32,000 bases of DNA from Promethearchaeota archaeon. Lineage in GTDB: Archaea > Asgardarchaeota > Lokiarchaeia > Sigyniarchaeales > SOKP01. Positions within the stretch are counted from its first letter, which is position 1, and each line of letters starts with the position of its first letter. Positions 1 to 9,160 of this stretch are shown here, one piece after another. The translations under genes were made by a program, and so were the position numbers. Below the pieces are notes generated by a model. That model ran no database searches. It had not been told where the DNA came from and saw only the letters and a list, made by a program, of their open reading frames with translations. The stretch covers positions 30,001 to 62,000 of the forward strand of contig JAUWGH010000004.1 in the NCBI GenBank assembly GCA_030606485.1, written 5' to 3'.

Positions 1-370
1 CCTTCTTTTGTTTGGCTCTATAATTTTCTATTGCCTTACGTAATCCATCAGAGGCTAAGTTAGAGCAGTGCATTTTAATGGGGGGAAGACCATCTAATGA
101 ACCTGCAATATCATCTCTTGTTATTTTCATAGCCTCATCTAATGTCTTTCCTTTAGCTAACTCCGTTATCATTGAAGAAGTAGCAATGGCTGCACCACAC
201 CCAAAAGTCTGGAAGGAAATGTCATCAATCCGATCATCCTTTATTTTAATATAAATATACATTAAATCTCCACAAACTGGGTTTCCGACCTCTCCCACAG
301 CATCTGCATCCTTCATTTCTCCCATATTTCGGGGGTTTCTGAAATGATCCATTACTTTTTCTGAATACAT
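1..370 (-). CDS. iscU: Fe-S cluster scaffold IscU/NifU-type (3' end runs off the window; absent from ORF track)
   Basis: Manual translation from ATG at 370: MYSEKVMDHFRNPRNMGEM...GNPVCGDLM...FQTFGCGAAIATSSM...GLPPIKMHCSNLA; three conserved Cys, the Asp after Cys1 and the LPPIK motif are present; 45 bp downstream of iscS. Confidence 0.95.
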   Translation of the reverse strand, partial: MYSEKVMDHFRNPRNMGEMKDADAVGEVGNPVCGDLMYIYIKIKDDRIDDISFQTFGCGAAIATSSMITELAKGKTLDEAMKITRDDIAGSLDGLPPIKMHCSNLASDGLRKAIENYRAKQKK

Positions 371-415
371 TTTATTTATGCCTTATTTTTAATTTTTGAT
401 TAATATTTTTATATT

Positions 416-1654
416 TTAATGGTGGTGGTCAGTTTCGTATGTTGGATCAAACATATATTTTTTCCCCTTTTTTAAGGGGGACATCTTTCTCAATTTTTCG
501 ATAATAGGAGGGAGTTTTTCTAAAAAATAGTCAATATCTGCTTCAGTCGTATATCTTCCCATAGTAATTCTTAATGAACCATGTGCATCTTCAGGTTTTT
601 GACCGATGGCTAATAATACATGAGAAGGTTCTAAAGATTTTGAAGAACACGCCGAACCTGTTGAGGCGGCTATACCTTCCACATCCAAACTTAAAATTAT
701 AGATTCTCCTTCAATATATCTAAACCCTAAATTAACATTGTTTGGTAGACGCTTAGTATAGTGCCCATTAAGATAAACATCTTCAATATTTTCGGTAATT
801 TCCTTTATAATTTTATCTCTAAATTTTATTAATTTTTCAGATTCTTCCTTCATATTCCGTTTGCATAATTCTACTGCTTTTGCAAACCCAGCAATACCTG
901 GAACATTTTCTGTGCTTGACCTCAACCCCCTTTCATGCCCTCCGCCATGTAATAGCGGCTCTATATACTTACCCCACCCTTTTCTTACACCATGTCCCCT
1001 GATATATAATAATCCAACTCCTTTTGGTCCATATAGCTTGTGCCCCGAAGCTGAAAGCAGATCTATATTCATCTCTTCAACATCGATAGGAACTTTTCCA
1101 AAAGTTTGAACAGCGTCAGTATGAAATATAACATCGTGTTTTTTTGCGATTTCTCCAATTTCTTTTATTGGTTCGATTGTTCCTATTTCATTATTTGCAA
1201 ATATTATAGATATCAAAATTGTTTTATTGGTGATGGTCTCTTCCAATTCTTTTAAAACAATCAATCCGAATTCATCTACAGGTAAATAACTCACTTTGAA
1301 CCCTTGTTTTTCCAGATATTGACAAGTGTGTTGGACAGCATGATGTTCAATGCTTGAAGTAATTATATGATTACCACGTCCTTTATTTTTAAAAGCTACC
1401 CCTTTTATTGCTAAATTATCAGATTCGGTGCCAGATGATGTGAAAAAGATTTCATCCTTTTTAGCGTTAATCAATGAAGCCACAGTTTCTCTAGATTTTT
1501 CTAATATTTGAGCTGCATTTTGACCTATTTTATGAAAACTTGATGGATTTCCATAAGTTTCTCTATGATGTTTCTCAATTTCTTTTATAACCTCTGGATC
1601 CATGGGAGTTGTAGCAGCGTAGTCTAAATATACATTTTTCATTTCTACTTTCAC
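416..1654 (-). CDS. iscS: Cysteine desulfurase IscS/NifS (canonical, PLP Lys present); alternative start ATG 1642
   Basis: YLDYAATTP, EHHAV, HTDAVQ, SGHKLYGPKG (Schiff-base Lys), STGSACSS (catalytic Cys). Confidence 0.95.
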   Translation of the reverse strand: MKVEMKNVYLDYAATTPMDPEVIKEIEKHHRETYGNPSSFHKIGQNAAQILEKSRETVASLINAKKDEIFFTSSGTESDNLAIKGVAFKNKGRGNHIITSSIEHHAVQHTCQYLEKQGFKVSYLPVDEFGLIVLKELEETITNKTILISIIFANNEIGTIEPIKEIGEIAKKHDVIFHTDAVQTFGKVPIDVEEMNIDLLSASGHKLYGPKGVGLLYIRGHGVRKGWGKYIEPLLHGGGHERGLRSSTENVPGIAGFAKAVELCKRNMKEESEKLIKFRDKIIKEITENIEDVYLNGHYTKRLPNNVNLGFRYIEGESIILSLDVEGIAASTGSACSSKSLEPSHVLLAIGQKPEDAHGSLRITMGRYTTEADIDYFLEKLPPIIEKLRKMSPLKKGKKYMFDPTYETDHHH

Positions 1655-1791
1655 TTATGATTTAATTCCTTCTCAACAATTTAATTATTTTTCTTATATT
1701 TTAAAAAATGCCTTACTATTTGTTAGAACACGAAAAAGCAAATTACGCATTTCTTTTTAGAATTTATTAATTATCTTAAGATATATATCAA

Positions 1792-2379
1792 TTATGTCGT
1801 CTTAAAAGAATTTTCAACTTTTTTCAATAAATTTTCTATAGTTCTTCTCTCTTTTATACTAAAATTAGATTCAAAATCACTTCTTATAGAAGTGCCATAA
1901 TAGGTATTACCAAAAAAAGTATTGCATTTCTTTATTGATTCTAATAATAACTTTTCATCTCCTACATGTAAATAGATTGAAATATCATTTATTATTAAAA
2001 TATTCGTTGGTTTTTTGATATAACTTTCAAGAGCTTTTGACGTTATAAGATAATTATGATTTGCATTTCTATACAATTCCTCTCGATTCTTCGCATTCAG
2101 CCGGGGTGGAATAATTTCTCCTTGTAAATTAAAGTAATTACAGATTTTACTTTTCGCATAAAAATCTTTTATTCTACCTCCAATATTTTTTCCTTTAATC
2201 ATTATTAATTGGGGTGCAAAATCCAAAATGCTAATTTCCTTAGGAGCTATTTTTTTATCTTCTAAAAGTAATTGTATAAAATTTGCCGTGTAGAATGTCT
2301 TTTTCGTATCGACTTCGCCGTAGATTATAGTTGTATGCCCGATTAAACTCTCGAAATCTATATTATTATAAAAACTCAT
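1792..2379 (-). CDS. Hypothetical protein with degenerate P-loop-like motif
   Basis: 195-aa ORF; IIYGEVDTKKT resembles Walker A (GxxxxGKT with G->K) and ILIIND resembles Walker B; same strand as its neighbours. Confidence 0.6.
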   Translation of the reverse strand: MSFYNNIDFESLIGHTTIIYGEVDTKKTFYTANFIQLLLEDKKIAPKEISILDFAPQLIMIKGKNIGGRIKDFYAKSKICNYFNLQGEIIPPRLNAKNREELYRNANHNYLITSKALESYIKKPTNILIINDISIYLHVGDEKLLLESIKKCNTFFGNTYYGTSIRSDFESNFSIKERRTIENLLKKVENSFKTT

Positions 2380-2414
2380 TTTTCGATTAAAAAATATTTA
2401 AATTTATCTTTAAA

Positions 2415-3023
2415 TTAAAAGAAATCCTTCCAAGTTATTCCAGCTTTCTTTAAGACTTTCAGCATTAAAAATCCCAAAATAGTTCCGGGGATACAACTTA
2501 ACGCAAATAGACCCCACCAAAATAATATACCTTCAAATGTTGGGACTCCGTAAAGAGGTAGAAGAAAATCTGAAATAGTGCCACCAATAAATATTGTACC
2601 GATTGGATCCGTTAAACTGGCGTAATCAACATATTTAGGCTTTTTTTTGCGCAATACATAAGAAACTGTTCCTGTAATAAGTGCTCCGGAGATTCCACCA
2701 GGAAATGCTAATATGGATCCAATTCCTAAACTAAAACGTAAGACTGCAATAGCTAATGCAGTCGTGCATGCCAAACTTAGTCCAACCAACACACCCATCA
2801 TACCATTTATCATATGGGCATAAGGGTTAATTTTTGAACCAAAAATTTCAAAGTAAGCAAAAATATTAAGGTAGCTAAGAATTAAACCAACTCCAACAAA
2901 TACAGCAGAAGTTGCAATTCTCTTATTTTTGTTGGTTTTGAATAATTTTTTATTTTTTGGCTCATCAGTTGATTGATTAGAATTAATTTTTTCCTTAACT
3001 CCAACTATTAATTCTATGTTTAT
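2415..3023 (-). CDS. ECF transporter S component, ThiW-like; true start uncertain (frame open to 3023, first in-frame ATG at 2813)
   Basis: Hydrophobic helices, PYAHMING (cf. ThiW PxQHxIN) and SILAFPGG (cf. AFPGS); the first predicted TM helix lies upstream of the 2813 ATG. Confidence 0.7.
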   Translation of the reverse strand: MNIELIVGVKEKINSNQSTDEPKNKKLFKTNKNKRIATSAVFVGVGLILSYLNIFAYFEIFGSKINPYAHMINGMMGVLVGLSLACTTALAIAVLRFSLGIGSILAFPGGISGALITGTVSYVLRKKKPKYVDYASLTDPIGTIFIGGTISDFLLPLYGVPTFEGILFWWGLFALSCIPGTILGFLMLKVLKKAGITWKDFF

Positions 3024-3047
3024 TTACAGTTAATTTTTCAATTATAT

Positions 3048-4499
3048 TTATAATAGATAACCTTCTTTAATATCTTCAATGTTTATTCCTAGCTCTTTTA
3101 GTTTTTCTCGTATCTCATCAGAAATGTCAAATATTTTCTTTTCCCTTAATTTAACGCGAGTCTCTGCAATAATATTCAATAAAGCTTTTATTAATTTATC
3201 TTTTTCATCCATTGAGTCAATCACATATTCTGATATTCTTTGCTCTAAATTAGGGAATATTCCAAATATTTTATCAATTTTGGTCATAAATTCAAAAAAT
3301 TTATTTTTAAATTCTTGTGTAATTTTTAAATTCTTTTCTAATATCTCTCTATTAAGATCCCTTATTAACGATAACAATTCTGCAATTGCGACAGGTGTGT
3401 TAAAATCATCATCCATCGCTTCGATAATATTTGATTCAGCAACATTAATTTTTAAGAGTAAATTATCAACTTCAGAAGATATTTCTTTTATTGGAGGAAT
3501 TTGATGAATTTTCTTTATTGTATTAAGTAATTTTGAGTAATTTTTCTCAATCTGCTTCATATTCTCTAAAGAGTAATTTATGGACTTCCGGTAATGCGAA
3601 GAAATTAAAAAGAATCTAACTACCATAGGGTCAAATTCCTTTATAATTTCAGAAACTAAAAAGAAATTTCCCAAACTTCTTGACATTTTCTCATCATCGA
3701 TATTTACAAAACCATTATGTAGAAAATAATTCGCAAATGGCTTACCTGTGAATGATTCAGATTGTGCAATTTCATTCCTATGATGAGGAAATTTCAAATC
3801 TTGACCACCTCCATGAATATCAATTGTTTCCCCTAAATAATTGATTGCCATTGCTGAACATTCGATGTGCCAACCTGGCCTCCCCTTACTCCACGGGCTT
3901 TCCCAATATGGTTCTCCTTCCTTCATTTTTTTCCATAAAGCAAAATCTCTCGGGTCTAATTTGTCTTCACCATATGCAACATCTTGATCTTCTTCGATTT
4001 CTTGTTCAATTTCCTCTTCAATATCTACGTTTGAAAAAATTGTGTTGTAATTCGGAAATGAATTTACAGAAAAATATACAGAGCCATTTTTCTCATAGGC
4101 AACACCTTTTTCTATCAGACCTTGAATAAATTTTATCATAAAGTCGATAGTCTCCGTGGCTTTGGGATTTTTATAATCCTTCTCAATATTGAGAATATCC
4201 ATAATTTCCATATATTCCTTTATATATAGTTCACTGAGTGTGGTTGTATCAATACCTTTCTCATTGGCCCTGTTAATTATATTATCATCAATGTCGGTAA
4301 CGTTTTTTACGAGTTTAACATTAAAACCCTTGAATTCAAGATACCTGCGAATGATATCAAATACTACTGCTGACTTTGCGTGTCCCAAATGAGTTGACTC
4401 ATAAACCGTTGGACCGCAAACATACATAAGAACCTCTTTAGGACTTATTGATTTAAACTCTTCTTTTTGAAATGTTAAACTATTATATATTTGCAACAT
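3048..4499 (-). CDS. cysS: Cysteine--tRNA ligase (class I)
   Basis: MYVCGPTVY, HLGH (HIGH motif), GRPGWHIECSAM, DIHGGGQDLKFPHH, KMSRS (KMSKS variant), DDDFNTPVA. Confidence 0.97.
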   Translation of the reverse strand: MLQIYNSLTFQKEEFKSISPKEVLMYVCGPTVYESTHLGHAKSAVVFDIIRRYLEFKGFNVKLVKNVTDIDDNIINRANEKGIDTTTLSELYIKEYMEIMDILNIEKDYKNPKATETIDFMIKFIQGLIEKGVAYEKNGSVYFSVNSFPNYNTIFSNVDIEEEIEQEIEEDQDVAYGEDKLDPRDFALWKKMKEGEPYWESPWSKGRPGWHIECSAMAINYLGETIDIHGGGQDLKFPHHRNEIAQSESFTGKPFANYFLHNGFVNIDDEKMSRSLGNFFLVSEIIKEFDPMVVRFFLISSHYRKSINYSLENMKQIEKNYSKLLNTIKKIHQIPPIKEISSEVDNLLLKINVAESNIIEAMDDDFNTPVAIAELLSLIRDLNREILEKNLKITQEFKNKFFEFMTKIDKIFGIFPNLEQRISEYVIDSMDEKDKLIKALLNIIAETRVKLREKKIFDISDEIREKLKELGINIEDIKEGYLL

Positions 4500-4520
4500 C
4501 CTTTGAGTATTTTAATTTAT

Positions 4521-4528
4521 TTTATAAA
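4521..4528 (-). promoter_or_regulatory. Candidate TATA box for a leaderless cysS transcript
   Basis: TTTATAAA 22-29 nt upstream of the cysS ATG, preceded by an A-rich BRE-like stretch; no well-spaced SD before the ATG. Confidence 0.4.
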
Positions 4529-4545
4529 TGTTTTTAAGCAAAATA

Positions 4546-4618
4546 AGCCAGTGGTGGGACTTGAACCCACGAATAACCGCTCTGCAGGCGGTCTCCTTAG
4601 CCACTCGGATACACTGGC
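4546..4618 (-). tRNA. tRNA-Cys (GCA), intronless, CCA not encoded
   Basis: Acceptor stem GCCAGTG/CACTGGC, anticodon arm ACCGC-CTGCAGA-GCGGT, T arm GTGGG-TTCAAGT-CCCAC, discriminator U73, G37. Confidence 0.97.
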
Positions 4619-4930
4619 TTTTATTGCTGTCGAGTTATTAAAAATATGTGTATTATATCAAATAAATTTTATTCTAATATTCTTTTAAAATTATTCATTG
4701 AATTGTTCTCGCCATTTCTTGATGGATAACCTATTAATATCCTCCCGAAAAATTTTCAATATTGCATCTATTTAAGCAATTTAAACATAATTCTGTGATG
4801 AATTACAATCATTAAATACTCAATTTTGCCAAAGCAAATGAATTTAAACCTTTTGGAACTATTAATGGAAAAAAAGTAATATAAAAAGATATTCAAATAG
4901 GAAAAGAAAATAATAAAAAAATTAAAATTT

Positions 4931-6220
4931 TTATTTTTTCGTCAAATACCATAGCATTACATGGAAGCCCCAGCCTATTCCCCATCCTCCTATTGCAATA
5001 GCACTCCATAGGAAATTGGGAGAATATATTAAGTTGAGTAAGACTAGATAAATACTTGTGACAATATAAACTACTGTATGGAGAACTAATGTTTGGAGAA
5101 GGAAGCCCGTGATTGGTCTCTGGACAATGAAGAAAAAAACTCCGTGAACGGCTACACCAATAAGCCAACCCATTATTGGATGAACTATTAAAGTGGGATC
5201 TAAACCTAGACTCGTAAAATTTATCCCAATGAATATTATACCAACAATGTAGATAAATATATGAGCTATCCAAGACCATTGCCAGAATATCAATTCAACT
5301 GCTTTCGAATGTATTTCAAAATCTTCGAGTTCTTCCCTAGATATACTTTTGGCATGTTCGATTGCTTTTGGTAAGATCGAATCCCATTTATAGGTAAGAA
5401 ATGCATGTATTACAATGGCAATTGCCCACAACACGAGAGGATATGTTGCCAAGAATATTGTAATTTCCGGGAAATGCATTAAATTGTAAATAACAAGCCA
5501 GATATTGATTGCCGCATATGCAATAATATGAAATATTAACCCTAACATAACTGGCTTTTGAGTTTCCACGAAATTGAAAACATAATAACTAAGTACATGC
5601 AGACCGACGATAATTCCCCAAGTAATTGAGTTTTCAATTTGATTTTGTAAGTTGACAGGAAGTGTGATTGTGTATATTAGGATAGTAACAACAATGAATA
5701 ACGCTAAGTGAATTATTAGGAACCAGAATTGAGACAGTTTTGAATTAGCCATCCTTTTCAATCGTTTCTCCGAGTAATCATACTTTCCACGGATTTTAGT
5801 CATTTCCTTCTCAAAATAATTTTCCCATGTGAAGAAGCCGATAGTATGGAAAATAAAGGCTACACCCCATATTAGTAAAGGCCAAGTGAACCAGATTTGA
5901 ATTGGTATAGTCGAAAGATTAAGTATCATCAAATAAATGTTAACTGAAATAAAGAAAAATGCGTGATAGATATATAGAATGCCGAAGTCAGATTGTTCCT
6001 TTATTTTTGTAAGATATGCAACTTTATCATTATATAATAGATATGTTATCGCATGAAAGCCTATACCGAATCCCCAGCCGAATATGACATGCAATGGCCA
6101 GAAGTATCCTACCCCAGTGACTGCCCATATAATCGTTACTAATCCTATTACGGCTAAATATGCAAATAAATGGAGAACAAATAGGATTCTACCTGTGTTT
6201 CCTTTTATTAAACTACTCAT
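4931..6220 (-). CDS. Polytopic membrane protein made of six tandem 2TM-like repeats
   Basis: Six units of the pattern H(l)xxY/F...W(G)xxxxxH separated by short loops or basic/charged linkers; about 12 TM helices. Confidence 0.75.
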   Translation of the reverse strand: MSSLIKGNTGRILFVLHLFAYLAVIGLVTIIWAVTGVGYFWPLHVIFGWGFGIGFHAITYLLYNDKVAYLTKIKEQSDFGILYIYHAFFFISVNIYLMILNLSTIPIQIWFTWPLLIWGVAFIFHTIGFFTWENYFEKEMTKIRGKYDYSEKRLKRMANSKLSQFWFLIIHLALFIVVTILIYTITLPVNLQNQIENSITWGIIVGLHVLSYYVFNFVETQKPVMLGLIFHIIAYAAINIWLVIYNLMHFPEITIFLATYPLVLWAIAIVIHAFLTYKWDSILPKAIEHAKSISREELEDFEIHSKAVELIFWQWSWIAHIFIYIVGIIFIGINFTSLGLDPTLIVHPIMGWLIGVAVHGVFFFIVQRPITGFLLQTLVLHTVVYIVTSIYLVLLNLIYSPNFLWSAIAIGGWGIGWGFHVMLWYLTKK

Positions 6221-6438
6221 TTTTTTAATACCTTTTTTTTATTAGATTAAAAAATATTGGATATGTCGTATTTATAGATGTTATTATATAAAATTAATAG
6301 TTATTTTTTATAATATTTAATAAGAATATTGTGAGATTTTAATAATATGATAATGAAATATTGAGGGGTTTGATAGTATTATTATGTAAATATTAAGGAA
6401 TTTGATAATATTATAATAAAATTTTGAGAAGGTAATTT

Positions 6439-7497
6439 CTAAGAATCCCAAAAACCCCTTTTTTTTAGATATCTTCCCAAATAAACTAAGCTTAGCATGA
6501 CGGGAACTTCCCAGAATAACCCCATGGTCGTACCAAGTGCCGCTACCGAACCCACACCGTACATGATAATAGCTGTGGCAATAGCAATTTCAAAGTGGCT
6601 TGAAGAGCCAATAATAACTGTTATGATTGCTTCTCTATATTTCATTTTGAAGAGTTTTGTAATTAGTATGTTGTAGCCAACTACAATCACAAATCCAATT
6701 AATAATGGGATTGAAACTAATATTAACAAATCTGGATTATTAATCAATGCATTTCCATTCAATGAAAAAAGAACAACCAAAGTTGTCAATAGTGCAATAA
6801 TAGAAATTTTTCCAACAAATGGCCGATAAGTAACATTAAACCATTCTACTCCCTTGAAATTAATTAACAATCTTTTACTGACTATACCTAAGAATAATGG
6901 AATTCCGATAAAAAATAACAATGAGATTAATAAAAGTACCCAATTAATGGGAATATTTTGAATCCCTGTGAGTAGTGTAACGATGGGAACATAAAGAAAA
7001 ATTATTGTGATTGTATTCAAACTCGTATTAACCACATTTTGTTCTTGATTACCTTTTGCCATATAACCCCATACTAGAACCATTGCTGTGCAGGGCGATG
7101 AGCTAAGGAGAATAACCGCAACAATTAGCTGTTCATTACCGATTAAAAATAGATTTACCATTACTAAACCTACTATAGGAGCGATAACCCAATTGGATAA
7201 AATCGTCAATATTATTGGTTTGGGATTTTTTCTTAATTTTTTTAATTCTGATGCTTGTAGATTTAACATTGCGGGATACATCATTAAGAATAAGCAGATG
7301 CCAATTGGGATTGAAATACCCTGAATTTGCCAAGAATTAATCGCTTCACTTATTCCAGGAATAACTTGAGAAAAAATAACCCCAATGAACATGCATAAGG
7401 CAACCCAAATTGGAAGATATTTTTCGAAAAAACTGATTCCTTTAGATCCTTCTTCTATATTTTCCATATCTGAACTGTTTTCAGTTCCTATTACCAT
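6439..7497 (-). CDS. acr3: ACR3-family arsenite efflux transporter
   Basis: LFLMMYPAM, WVIAP, SPCTAMVLVW (conserved Cys), SSHFEIAIA, WEVPVM; divergent from ArsR. Confidence 0.92.
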   Translation of the reverse strand: MVIGTENSSDMENIEEGSKGISFFEKYLPIWVALCMFIGVIFSQVIPGISEAINSWQIQGISIPIGICLFLMMYPAMLNLQASELKKLRKNPKPIILTILSNWVIAPIVGLVMVNLFLIGNEQLIVAVILLSSSPCTAMVLVWGYMAKGNQEQNVVNTSLNTITIIFLYVPIVTLLTGIQNIPINWVLLLISLLFFIGIPLFLGIVSKRLLINFKGVEWFNVTYRPFVGKISIIALLTTLVVLFSLNGNALINNPDLLILVSIPLLIGFVIVVGYNILITKLFKMKYREAIITVIIGSSSHFEIAIATAIIMYGVGSVAALGTTMGLFWEVPVMLSLVYLGRYLKKRGFWDS

Positions 7498-7623
7498 GAT
7501 TCTTCAAATTGATTTATTTATTTTTTTTTGATAAGATCCTTATATCTAAAAATATGAGTTCAGATTTAAATTTGTCGATTTGAATTCAAAAAAATTATTA
7601 GTCATCATTTTAATACTATAATT

Positions 7624-7974
7624 ATGGAGTTAAAACATGAAGAAGAACTTAGGCGTTTAATCGAATGCGTTGGAATTGATAAAAATATTATTGAATATAT
7701 TGAAGAACTAAAGAAAAAAAGAGATTATATTTTATCTAGAAAAGATTTTGAAGAAAAATTATCACTTCATAACGCACTCGGACATAAAATTAGATATTTA
7801 ATTTATAATTTAATAAGACAAAAAGAAATGTGCATATGCGAGTTAAATGCGATTTTAGATTTAACTCAATCAACAATTTCCCATCATGTAAAAATTTTAG
7901 AACAAGCAGGTTTGATTATTGGGATTAAAAGCGGGAAATTTACCCATTATCAAATTAAAAAAGAAATTGATTAA
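7624..7974 (+). CDS. arsR: ArsR/SmtB-family repressor with alpha3 CxC arsenite-type site
   Basis: EMCICEL...LTQSTISHHVKILEQAGLI winged HTH; divergent from acr3. Confidence 0.9.
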   Translation: MELKHEEELRRLIECVGIDKNIIEYIEELKKKRDYILSRKDFEEKLSLHNALGHKIRYLIYNLIRQKEMCICELNAILDLTQSTISHHVKILEQAGLIIGIKSGKFTHYQIKKEID

Positions 7975-8024
7975 ATTTTTTGAACGATTTAAAAATAAAA
8001 ATTTTGATATAGGTCAATAATATA

Positions 8025-9059
8025 TTATATAAAGTTAATAAAAATAAAAAGAATAAATAGAATTGCTAAAATCATTCCATCTTTTCTTTTCAAAGATCCA
8101 GTTCTTACTTTTAAATTAAAGAAGATTATTACTACTGAAAATAAAATCCAATTCCATATTAAATTCCAGCTAAATATAATATTCCTAGCGATTATACTAC
8201 TCACGCCAAATGTAATCGTTAGATTCCAAATTAATTTACCGATCATACCCCCTAGACCAATTTCTATTATATTTTTTTTGAGAGATTTTATTATTAGAGT
8301 CAATTCTTCGACATTTGTTATAAAACCAATTATAATGAATCCAAAAAATGCCTCGGATATACCAGTAAGATGAATTAGTTCAGCAGCTGCAATGATAAGC
8401 ATTTCTCCTCCTACAAAAATCAGTGTAAAACTAAGAATAATTAAGATGAATATTTTTATTTTTGAAGTTTTTTCACTTTCATCAAAATCATCTTCATTAT
8501 CTTTTAAAAAGTCAATTTCTGCTTTTTGATCTAATATTTTTTCTTTAGAAAAATGCTTGAAGTTCCGAAATAAGTAAATAGCATATAAAAAAAGAAGGAT
8601 AATTCCCGAATTGAAAAGTCCAAAAGGAATTAGAACTCCAAATAAAATAGCAATTGAGCAAGAATAAATTAACCAAAAATAAAATTGAGAAACAATTTTT
8701 AATTTTACTTCATAATAGAGAGCAGGTATCGCGAAACATAATGTTAAAGCGATTATGGAATTTCCGATAACATTTCCTACTGCAATATAGGGAAGTCCAT
8801 TGATTGCGGCAATTATTGAAGCAATTGATTCCTCTGGATCTATACCCAATACTATTAGTCCAATTATGAACGGAGAAACTTTATAAATTAGACATAAATC
8901 TTTCAAATTATCAATAAAAACATCGGCGGAAAAAAAAATAATTAAAAATCCGATTATGAATATACTAAGCCATATTAAGATTTCCCACACAATTAAAAAA
9001 AATGAGGTAAAGATATAAATGTTACGACCTTTTGGAATAAAATCTTTTAGTTTATTCAA
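8025..9059 (-). CDS. CaCA-superfamily (YrbG/NCX-like) cation antiporter with atypical alpha repeats; start uncertain (TTG)
   Basis: Two homologous halves with GIDPEE...VGNVIGN and ITNVEE...GGMIGKLIWN at the alpha-repeat positions; about 10 TMs. Confidence 0.8.
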   Translation of the reverse strand: MNKLKDFIPKGRNIYIFTSFFLIVWEILIWLSIFIIGFLIIFFSADVFIDNLKDLCLIYKVSPFIIGLIVLGIDPEESIASIIAAINGLPYIAVGNVIGNSIIALTLCFAIPALYYEVKLKIVSQFYFWLIYSCSIAILFGVLIPFGLFNSGIILLFLYAIYLFRNFKHFSKEKILDQKAEIDFLKDNEDDFDESEKTSKIKIFILIILSFTLIFVGGEMLIIAAAELIHLTGISEAFFGFIIIGFITNVEELTLIIKSLKKNIIEIGLGGMIGKLIWNLTITFGVSSIIARNIIFSWNLIWNWILFSVVIIFFNLKVRTGSLKRKDGMILAILFILFIFINFI

Positions 9060-9160
9060 TTTTTTATTTTTCAGAACATTTTACGCAAAATATGTTATTA
9101 GAAAGAGATTTCACTCACAATTTTAATGAAGCTTAAATATTAAAAAAAAAAGAAATTTAA

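Noticed and set aside
3006-3047. TPP riboswitch upstream of the ThiW-like gene
   Set aside because: The intergenic space is only a few tens of AT-rich bases with no THI-box core.
4491-4688. 65-aa plus-strand ORF
   Set aside because: It is the antisense reading of tRNA-Cys and the cysS start.
4690-4890. Protein-like fragments upstream of the tRNA (e.g. minus-strand IDAILKIFREDINRLSIKKWREQFNE*)
   Set aside because: No start codon or recognisable family; may be a decayed gene end but cannot be supported. No att-like repeat of the tRNA 3' end or integrase was seen.
7531-7590. Palindromes ATAAG-atc-CTTAT and TTTGAATTCAAA between acr3 and arsR as ArsR operator
   Set aside because: Plausible location, but short A/T palindromes are expected by chance at this composition and neither matches a defined ArsR box.
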